A stretch of DNA of 51,227 bases from an uncultured Gammaproteobacteria bacterium (GTDB lineage Bacteria > Patescibacteriota > Microgenomatia > UBA12405), in contig CAZJUH010000001.1 in assembly GCA_964549165.1 (NCBI GenBank), forward strand, positions 140,566-191,792, given 5' to 3'. The notes under the pieces were generated by a model that was given only the letters and a program-made list of their open reading frames with translations, made no database searches and was not told where the DNA came from. Positions 36,941 to 44,178 of this stretch are shown one piece after another. Numbering within the stretch: the first letter of the stretch is position 1; every line of letters starts with the position of its first letter. The position numbers and the translations under genes were made by a program.

Positions 36941-37234
36941 GGAGACTCTACGAGTCGCACATTAAAATCCTTTAACACGGCAGATATTCCAACTTTCTAA
37001 ATGGTGCCTTTGGCACCGCAGGGGTTTATCCCCTGCTTTCTCCGTCGGGCTGCATCGTTACGATGATGAGTTAACGATTACTGTTACAGTAATCAGTTAT
37101 TCTTTACCTTACACGATGGCAGAGCGCTCCGCGCGAAAAAGTAATTAAGGGTTTAGGTTCAGTTTCCTTCCTATCAAGGCTAGGTCTGCTGATGGCACGG
37201 TGCAGCCATTTTTAGGGTTTGCACAGTTAAAGGA
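36941..37234 (+). ncRNA. Candidate retron ncRNA (msr-msd)
   Basis: 9-bp terminal inverted repeat TCCTTTAAC/GTTAAAGGA (36968-36976/37226-37234); hairpins at 37003-37017 and 37018-37036; 11-bp stem 37048-37058/37197-37207; directly upstream of a retron-type RT operon. Confidence 0.65.
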
Positions 37235-37245
37235 GGTGAGTTCAA

Positions 37246-37443
37246 TTGAATCACTTTAATTTTAAATGTGTCTCAACTTTGATAAATTCAAAGGTGAGAA
37301 ACGGGAAACTGAATTTAGATCAGGCTAAAGTCATAATCGGCCATGCAAAAGAAATCAAGCATGCTTTATCAACCAAGGATAACCAAAAGTTGGTCAAGGC
37401 AGTTGATAGATTCTGCAAATCGATATTTGAGTCCGATAGTTGA
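37246..37443 (+). CDS. Small helical protein, candidate retron effector
   Basis: TTG start 7 nt after a strong AGGAGGTG SD; amphipathic helical pattern; first ORF of the operon. Confidence 0.65.
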   Translation: MNHFNFKCVSTLINSKVRNGKLNLDQAKVIIGHAKEIKHALSTKDNQKLVKAVDRFCKSIFESDS

Positions 37444-37505
37444 TCCCCTTAATTTCTTTTTGTAAAAACCATTGGGTAAATGACTTTTACAAAAGGTAAA
37501 GATGT

Positions 37506-37802
37506 ATGAATTATTCCAAGACAATAAAAATTATCAGAGCTGCTATAGGCCTGTCTCAACAAGACTTCGCGTCACTAACTGAGATTGATCCTAGTTTAGT
37601 GTCCAGAATTGAATCCGGCCAAAGGTCACTGTCGGTGACCAATTTAAAAAAAATTTCAACAAAACTGTCAATTCCAGAGAGTTTGATGAAACTTCTTTCG
37701 AGTGACGAGACCGAACTAAAAGGGTTGACTAAAGACGAATACCAAAAAATGGCCGAAAGTTTACTTTCGCTTTTAATAAAAAAACAAAATGGGAGAAAGT
37801 GA
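37506..37802 (+). CDS. XRE-family helix-turn-helix protein
   Basis: IRAAIGLSQQDFA...IDPSLVSRIESGQR pattern; overlaps the RT start by 14 nt. Confidence 0.9.
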   Translation: MNYSKTIKIIRAAIGLSQQDFASLTEIDPSLVSRIESGQRSLSVTNLKKISTKLSIPESLMKLLSSDETELKGLTKDEYQKMAESLLSLLIKKQNGRK

Positions 37803-38685
37803 TTCCAGTGTGAAAAATGTTTTGTCTACGAGAAAACTCGCGAGTATTTTAAAGATCAACGTCGACGAGCTTAGAGCAGTTTCTGAAAATGCAAGCTCTT
37901 ATTACCGGCCGTTTATTAAGAAACTGCCAAAGCCTAGAGAAATTGATAACCCAACCGGTAGACTAAAGATCATCCAAAAGGCAATTGATGATAAGTTGCT
38001 AAAAAAAGTAGAGTTGCCGGAAACAGTTTTGGGAGGAGTTCCCGGGAAGTCGGTAAAGGACAATGCCATGTTTCATCTTGGTAAACCTGTGGTAGTGACC
38101 GTCGATTTGAAGAAGTGTTTCCCAAACACAAAAGACATTTCAGTATTCAAGTTATTTCGTAACTATTTCGGATATTCGACTGTAAATTCTTTATTACTGA
38201 TGAAACTAACAACGTTTAACGATCATGTGCCCCAAGGTTCACCGTGTAGCTCGTCACTGGTTAATCTTTGTCTCCTGGCTTTACATGAAGAGTTGCAAGC
38301 CTTCTCTGGGAAATATGGCTTCATGTGTACCGTTTGGGTAGACGATATAACAATATCCGGCGAAGGCGCTGAAAAACAGATTTCGGATGTGATTAGAATA
38401 ATAAAAAGGCATAAATACAACACAAGGTGTAAAAAAATTAAAGTAATGAGAGGTAGTGGAAGACAAGAGGTCACCGGAATAACTGTAAATAATTTAGTGT
38501 CTGTTCCAAAGAAGAAAATATCGGAAATAAAGAAGATTATCCATGACATTAGGGTAAAAAACCTTAACATGAATTCAAAAGAATATATTATGTTAAAAGG
38601 AAAAATGGGATTTGTAGGATATGTTAATCCTAAACAGTTCAATACATTAAATAAGTTTTTGCTCAAATGTGGGATAAAAGTCTAA
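37789..38685 (+). CDS. Retron-type reverse transcriptase
   Basis: REIDNP..RLKIIQ, region X NAMFH (NAxxH), DLKKCFP, PQGSPCS..LVN, WVDD, region Y VTG; 298 aa with no maturase or endonuclease domain. Confidence 0.92.
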   Translation: MGESDSSVKNVLSTRKLASILKINVDELRAVSENASSYYRPFIKKLPKPREIDNPTGRLKIIQKAIDDKLLKKVELPETVLGGVPGKSVKDNAMFHLGKPVVVTVDLKKCFPNTKDISVFKLFRNYFGYSTVNSLLLMKLTTFNDHVPQGSPCSSSLVNLCLLALHEELQAFSGKYGFMCTVWVDDITISGEGAEKQISDVIRIIKRHKYNTRCKKIKVMRGSGRQEVTGITVNNLVSVPKKKISEIKKIIHDIRVKNLNMNSKEYIMLKGKMGFVGYVNPKQFNTLNKFLLKCGIKV

Positions 38686-38712
38686 TAATTTTTGGGTGTA
38701 AAATTACCTAGT

Positions 38713-39387
38713 ATGGAAAACCCCGGAGAAAAAAGGTACGAAAAACAAATCATGTGTAAGGAATGCCAGCATCCAACATGGCATCGCGTTCTTAATGAAG
38801 CGAAAGGAGGTTGGGACGATGATGAATCAGGGATATGGGAGTCTAAAACTTTTTATTCTTTGCAGTGCTTGGGTTGCGATAATGTTTGCCTCGTCGTCCA
38901 CAGCATGTTTAGCGAAGATATTGGTGATGACGGGAATCCTGAATTAAACATTGCAATTTATCCCTCACCATATAAAAGTGACAGGGAACCCATCGAGAGA
39001 TTGCACCGTGTACCTAAAAATATCGGTTCAGTATATGAAGAAACAATAAAGGCTTTTAACGCTCATCTCATAATCTTAGCAGCCATCGGTGTCAGGTCAA
39101 CGATAGAGGCGATAGCAATTGACAAGGCTATTACCGCTAGAGGAATCAAAACTAAAATAGAAGCGATGAAAGGACAAGGAATTATTACCGAGGATGGCGC
39201 AAAATTATTACTTCTCGTAAAAGATATCGGGAATCTGGCTGCTCACGAGATCAAGAAACATCACCATGACGATCTCTCTTTGTGTCTTGACATCATTGAG
39301 GGTGTACTTATGGAACAGTATGTACTTCCAGAAGAAGCAAAGCGCACTAGGGAAATAATTGATGGTAGATGGGAAAGAGCGAGTTAG
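38713..39387 (+). CDS. Zinc-ribbon plus DUF4145 (HEPN-like) protein
   Basis: CKEC and CLGC pairs; YEE...A....AA...R..IE and GN.AAH motifs; start ATG 38713 (track starts at TTG 38692). Confidence 0.75.
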   Translation: MENPGEKRYEKQIMCKECQHPTWHRVLNEAKGGWDDDESGIWESKTFYSLQCLGCDNVCLVVHSMFSEDIGDDGNPELNIAIYPSPYKSDREPIERLHRVPKNIGSVYEETIKAFNAHLIILAAIGVRSTIEAIAIDKAITARGIKTKIEAMKGQGIITEDGAKLLLLVKDIGNLAAHEIKKHHHDDLSLCLDIIEGVLMEQYVLPEEAKRTREIIDGRWERAS

Positions 39388-39397
39388 AAAAAACTAT

Positions 39398-40231
39398 TTA
39401 CCTCGGAAATGTTGGTGGATTTGATACTTGGACAACTGGTTCGGTCTTGAGCATTTGCTGTAGTTCTGGATAGTCTAAGATTTCCGTTACAAGTGAGGTA
39501 GATTGAACAATACCAAGGCCAGCATTCTCCTGAAATTGGATCCTGGATTGTCCCGTTCTAGTGCTAACAGCATCCTCAATGTAGTTGAGATTGTCGCTAA
39601 TTATACCCAATAACTTTAATCCACGTCCGGAGCCAATTGAAAACGAAGATTGGCTGAATGAAGCGATGGTGGGTCTGTAAAAAACCGGACTACCACTACT
39701 GCCCGGGTAAACATTTGCGTCTATTAGGAATGTCTTATTATTCAATTTTGCCGAAACTAATCCGGCCCTAATCAATGGCGTTGATTTGTTCTCATTTGAA
39801 ACCCCGAGACCCAATGGGTATCCTAGAAAAAATACATCTTCGCCCAATGGTAGATTTTCAAAATTCTCAAATAAGTTCTGGCTCACTAACTTGATATCGT
39901 CTTCATTTTGCTTGATTGCGATAGGTGTTACAGCAATATCTACATTTTGATCGTGATGAAAAACCCATTTTAAGCCGAACTCGCGGTGTACTTGTTCAAT
40001 ACTTCTTTGCTCTTTTCCCCCATCAAGTCTATTTAAGATTACGTTTAGTCCTTTAAACTCTTCTTTTGTGTACGGATTAACCACAATGTGTCGACATGTT
40101 ACAAGAACAAAGTTTTCTTTGTAGTTGATCAAAACACCGGTACCGTGGGGTTGTAGCACACTATTATTGTTTGGTAGTTCAAACAACACTACTGTCTTGA
40201 GAAACTCTTCGTTTAACCAATTTGCAATCAT
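39398..40231 (-). CDS. Trypsin-like serine protease
   Basis: VTCRHIV (His), VDIAV (Asp), FLGYP and PGSSGSPVF (Ser) motifs. Confidence 0.85.
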   Translation of the reverse strand: MIANWLNEEFLKTVVLFELPNNNSVLQPHGTGVLINYKENFVLVTCRHIVVNPYTKEEFKGLNVILNRLDGGKEQRSIEQVHREFGLKWVFHHDQNVDIAVTPIAIKQNEDDIKLVSQNLFENFENLPLGEDVFFLGYPLGLGVSNENKSTPLIRAGLVSAKLNNKTFLIDANVYPGSSGSPVFYRPTIASFSQSSFSIGSGRGLKLLGIISDNLNYIEDAVSTRTGQSRIQFQENAGLGIVQSTSLVTEILDYPELQQMLKTEPVVQVSNPPTFPR

Positions 40232-40442
40232 AGTCTATTTTACCCTTATTTGACCCTGTGTCGACCTGTGTGGCATTTTTATATCTATAACCCAAAACTA
40301 CATAAAGCTACAAACTTTGTGCCTGACAGAGGCAAACCCCATCCGTGTTATAAGATTTTCACCATATCGACAAGAACATGAGAAAACTAGAGATTTTGTG
40401 CGTAAGGTCTTAAAAGACAGAAATACTATAAGTTAACCTTAA

Positions 40443-40757
40443 TTATTGAGTTGGCTGGTTGACTACACCAACAACAATTAGCCACAAGACCACCAATCCC
40501 CATCCAATATACTTTTGTTTCTTAGTTAACTCTTTTCTTCTCTTAAACAAATAATAGATAGCGTCCAGACCGCAAAACGAAGCAACGGCTAGTAATAGTC
40601 CACCCTTAAATAGGGTACTACCTATTATTGCGATGATTAAAAGCACGTTTATATTCCATCGGTGCATACCTAAGATTTCATCGACAGTCTTTCTTTTTTT
40701 AACCGTTACAGTCTCTGGTTTAGATATTTCTTCGTCCATATTTTTATTTATCTCCAA
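40443..40757 (-). CDS. Small membrane protein
   Basis: Three hydrophobic segments; overlaps the upstream gene. Confidence 0.6.
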   Translation of the reverse strand: MEINKNMDEEISKPETVTVKKRKTVDEILGMHRWNINVLLIIAIIGSTLFKGGLLLAVASFCGLDAIYYLFKRRKELTKKQKYIGWGLVVLWLIVVGVVNQPTQ

Positions 40758-41619
40758 CTAATAAAACTACAATCGAGCCAACTTCGGAAACCCTTGTGGC
40801 GATACACCCTTTTGTTATTGGTGTCCCGTCCTTGGTAGTCCAAAGCATAAGTTCGTTGTGTGGTGGTGAGTTTTTCCAAATAGCCAAAACATCTATGTCT
40901 CTCGCCACATTAGCAGCGAGGTTTTCCCCAATTCCTGCCCCGGAATATCTACTTGTATAACTACTAAGGCCATAGTGGTTACCAACACTACTCTCCTTAA
41001 ATGCCTCCATTTTGTTAGCCATCATCAAATTAGCCCTGGACTCGGCAATACCACATAACTCGTCGGAAACGGAAAAAAATGGTAAACCTTTACTACTTCT
41101 ATATTGATTCACTAAACCAAAGATATTACCGCCGTTTAATACTGGTAATGGGGGCTTACTGGTGTTTGTTTTCACATTACTGGTTTCGCTTGTTTTATTA
41201 ACGGTTTTCTTCGTAGGAACAAGGGTCAATGTAGGTATATCGGTAGGGAGAGAAATAGTTGGTATTACTTTCAGATATGCATTATTAGTTTTGTTGTATG
41301 AGTAACTTAATGCCTTAACAAGGATAAAAGCTCCAATAATTACCGAACCAAAAAATAATACTTGAGGTATTTTTGCTACATAGTTACTTTCGTCCTGGTT
41401 ATTTTTTCCTATGCGTTTTACAAGTCGATACAATAATAAAAAGAACGCTAAAACTCCAACAACAAAACTTACCAGCAATGAGGCAAGCGCAATACTTTTG
41501 ATAAGTGAAGGATTTTCATTAAATGGACCGTTTTGAATTCCACCAACATATAGACTGAAAAAAAAGATTACTAAACAGATGATCCAGGTCGTTAAAGGAA
41601 CTTTTGCATTATCTTTCAT
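40744..41619 (-). CDS. Membrane-anchored CAP (SCP) domain protein
   Basis: Three N-terminal TM helices, Pro/Thr linker, VNQYR...GL, GENLA and W.NSPPH motifs; start set at ATG 41619. Confidence 0.8.
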   Translation of the reverse strand: MKDNAKVPLTTWIICLVIFFFSLYVGGIQNGPFNENPSLIKSIALASLLVSFVVGVLAFFLLLYRLVKRIGKNNQDESNYVAKIPQVLFFGSVIIGAFILVKALSYSYNKTNNAYLKVIPTISLPTDIPTLTLVPTKKTVNKTSETSNVKTNTSKPPLPVLNGGNIFGLVNQYRSSKGLPFFSVSDELCGIAESRANLMMANKMEAFKESSVGNHYGLSSYTSRYSGAGIGENLAANVARDIDVLAIWKNSPPHNELMLWTTKDGTPITKGCIATRVSEVGSIVVLLVGDK

Positions 41620-41723
41620 AATTTGTTGATTTATCAAAGTGTTTTTTAGGCACAACACCGTGCTTAAATCTGAACTATATTTCCTGTTCGAATTATGGCA
41701 TACATTCCATAATTTGCCAACTA

Positions 41724-41933
41724 ATGGCAAACATATACGAGAAATTTGGACTTAATGTAAAGAGGTACAGAAAAACAACTGGTATGACTCAAGAAAAACT
41801 GGCTGAGGCAGCAAAGGTAGATCCAAAGTCGATTATTTCTATTGAGAATGGAACCCGGAACCCAACATTGAGGACCATATATAGGCTAGCCAAGGCATTT
41901 AAAATAAGCATAGGCGAGTTGGTGAAATTCTGA
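41724..41933 (+). CDS. XRE-family transcriptional regulator
   Basis: FGLNVKRYR...GMTQEKLAE......ISIENG.RNPTL motif. Confidence 0.9.
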   Translation: MANIYEKFGLNVKRYRKTTGMTQEKLAEAAKVDPKSIISIENGTRNPTLRTIYRLAKAFKISIGELVKF

Positions 41934-41998
41934 ATCTTTAGGTATCTATCTGGCTCATATAGCATCCATAAACCTACTTGAATTTATCGTAACTAATG

Positions 41999-42017
41999 GA
42001 GTAATATAATGTTACTC
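41999..42017. promoter_or_regulatory. Operator-like palindrome GAGTAA-N7-TTACTC enclosing TATAAT
   Basis: Read directly; upstream of the small-ORF/recombinase operon. Confidence 0.45.
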
Positions 42018-42126
42018 GACTGAGAGCACAAAAAAGTACACACCGCATATTTGCCTTAAAACGGCAACGAATAATTATCTTTCGGGCATATTCGTTGGCC
42101 GCTTTTTTTTGGCCTAGAGGCAAAAT

Positions 42127-42309
42127 ATGCTCAGCGTTAGTAGAGCAAAGAAGATTCTTGGAAAAACAGCAGAGCTGTACACTGATGAACAGATTGAGGC
42201 GACATTGAAGCAAATCAGAGGGTTAACAGATGCTTGCGTGGACATGATCGACCATAAGATTAAGGTGGAAGGACCGGGATTTCTGGATATTATTTCAAAA
42301 AGGCAGTAG
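42127..42309 (+). CDS. Small protein upstream of the recombinase
   Basis: 60 aa ending 1 nt before the recombinase start; MLSVSRAKKILG...TDEQIE helical pattern. Confidence 0.6.
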   Translation: MLSVSRAKKILGKTAELYTDEQIEATLKQIRGLTDACVDMIDHKIKVEGPGFLDIISKRQ

Positions 42310-42310
42310 A

Positions 42311-44020
42311 ATGAACATGATGGTAAGAGCCGTAATACTAGCTAGGGTATCTGATCAGAAACAAAAAATATACGGTGGTGATTCACTTGATGACCAGATG
42401 GCGCAGTGTCAAAAGTTTATTGACAATCAAGGGTGGACGCTTGCATGTCGCCCCTTTGTCCTGATTGAAAGTGGTAGAAAAGGTGAAAGAAAATACTTTT
42501 GGGAAGTTTACGATTATTGTAAATCTAAAAGTAAAACCAGCGAAAAAATTGATTATCTTGTGGTGTTGAATATCGGAAGATTTACCAGAGGTGGAGGTGT
42601 TGAATACATCAGACTCAAAAAGGAATATGAAGCTATTGGCGTACAAATTACTGATGTTTTTAATACTGTTGGACATAAGGTCAATACCCTTGAACAGTAC
42701 GGTTTTACTTATGATTGGAGTGTTTATTCACCAACGGAAACTGCTGAAATTCATGAGGCAGATCAAAAATGTGGCCAGGTCAGAGACATATTAACGCAGA
42801 CAGTAAGTGGCTGTATTAGGAATATCAACAAAGGTTACTGGAATGGCCCCCCACCCTTTGGCCTATTGGGTAAAAAAGTTGAGACAGTTGAAGATGGAAC
42901 ACGAAATGTGCTGGCCGAAAATACACTTGAGAGTCAATTTATAAGAAGGATTTATGAGTTGAGAGCGAGCGGTACAACTGATCCAGAAATCGCTGAAAAA
43001 ATAAACTTGATGGGTTTTAAGACAAGGTTGATGGTGAAACGAGATAGTAGAACTAGAATAAAAATTGGCACCAAAGGTGGTGTCAAACTTACAGTCAAAA
43101 AAATTCAGGAGTGGGTGGTCAATCCAATTTATTGCGGGGTGATTGTAGCAAAATGGACGAAATATCAACCAATAAAAGCATCTATGTTTTCTGGGTTGGT
43201 TGATATTGAAACTTTTAACGCTGCAAACAAGGGTAAAATTTACATCATCAAAAATGGCGATGGAAGTTTTTACATAAAGCACAACATAAAGTGGGCAAAT
43301 ATAAATCAGCCGGATAAAAGAATGAGGAATAACCCTGCCTTTCCATTCAAAAGTGTACTCTTGTGCCCAACGTGCCACAAAGAAGTAAAGGCGAGTTCTT
43401 CAAGAAGTAGATCTGGGAAGAAACATCCATATTATCACTGTGATAGAGGGCATAAACGATGGTATAAGAAGCCAGAAGAAGTACACCAAGCCTTGATAGA
43501 GAACTTAAAAAAGCTTAAATTTTCAGATTCATACGCCAAATTATTTGAAGCATCATTTATTGAGTCTTGGAAAGAGAAAATGCAAAAAGCTATGATTGAC
43601 AGCCAGGAGGCAGAAAGTTATGTCTCAGAGCTCTTGGTAAAGCGTAAAAGTAAGCTAGAAGCGATAGAAATGGCTACAAGTCCGGTAGTCAAAAAGGCCT
43701 TCGAAGAAGAGTTTGAAGATATAGATAATCAGATTAAGAAGGCAAGAGGTCAGAGAAACGTTATCGAGGATAAAGAGGTGGACGTGAAGCTTGCATTGAG
43801 GTATGGGACATATTTAATGGAACACCCAGGAGAATTACTGCTAGGTAAGGAGAATATCAATAATAGAAGATACCTTTTTGGACTGGTCTTTGAAGAGCTT
43901 CCTACTTATGACGAATTAGTTAGTGGAACCACAAAATTAAGGCCTATCTTCCAATTAAAGGGAAACGAAAACGAGTCAAAATTACAGTTAGTCCAGTGGG
44001 CAGGAGTTGAACCTGCATAA
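42311..44020 (+). CDS. Large serine recombinase
   Basis: ARVS catalytic motif, ESG, GPPPFG recombinase domain, C..C...YYHC zinc ribbon, C-terminal coiled coil. Confidence 0.93.
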   Translation: MNMMVRAVILARVSDQKQKIYGGDSLDDQMAQCQKFIDNQGWTLACRPFVLIESGRKGERKYFWEVYDYCKSKSKTSEKIDYLVVLNIGRFTRGGGVEYIRLKKEYEAIGVQITDVFNTVGHKVNTLEQYGFTYDWSVYSPTETAEIHEADQKCGQVRDILTQTVSGCIRNINKGYWNGPPPFGLLGKKVETVEDGTRNVLAENTLESQFIRRIYELRASGTTDPEIAEKINLMGFKTRLMVKRDSRTRIKIGTKGGVKLTVKKIQEWVVNPIYCGVIVAKWTKYQPIKASMFSGLVDIETFNAANKGKIYIIKNGDGSFYIKHNIKWANINQPDKRMRNNPAFPFKSVLLCPTCHKEVKASSSRSRSGKKHPYYHCDRGHKRWYKKPEEVHQALIENLKKLKFSDSYAKLFEASFIESWKEKMQKAMIDSQEAESYVSELLVKRKSKLEAIEMATSPVVKKAFEEEFEDIDNQIKKARGQRNVIEDKEVDVKLALRYGTYLMEHPGELLLGKENINNRRYLFGLVFEELPTYDELVSGTTKLRPIFQLKGNENESKLQLVQWAGVEPA

Positions 44021-44063
44021 AACGGTTTTACAGACCGTTGCCTAACCGCCCGGCACCCACTGG
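43992..44063 (-). tRNA. tRNA-Tyr(GTA) with C1:G72, A73 and short variable loop; CCA not encoded
   Basis: CCAGTGG/CCACTGG acceptor, GCC/GGC D-stem, ACGGT-CTGTAAA-ACCGT anticodon arm, GCAGG-TTCAACT-CCTGC T-arm. Confidence 0.9.
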
Positions 44064-44178
44064 TTTTATACAGAAAGGATTATATCAGAAAAACTAAATT
44101 CCCCTCTGCTCAGCAGTAGCTGATCCACGAGAGTGGAAAAGAGGGGTTAGAGGAGATTGAAAACTGGTAAAATAGACT

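Larger units (their letters stand above)
36682..43996. mobile_element. Genomic island integrated at tRNA-Tyr: retron module, cargo genes and large serine recombinase; left end tentative
   Basis: Recombinase reads into the tRNA 3' end; GTCCAG occurs at 36682-36687 and 43991-43996; base composition differs from host genes; cargo is defence-like. Confidence 0.75.

Noticed and set aside
37789-38685. RT as a DGR, group II intron or CRISPR-associated RT
   Set aside because: No template/variable repeat pair or Avd gene, no maturase or endonuclease domain, no cas1; NAxxH and VTG point to a retron.
40260-40437. Open plus-strand stretch (...LCLTEANPIRVIRFSPYRQEH...) between island genes
   Set aside because: No convincing start codon and under 60 codons; could be a gene remnant but cannot be supported.
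41974-42213. 79-aa minus-strand ORF
   Set aside because: Overlaps the regulatory stems and the better-supported 42127-42309 ORF; no motif.
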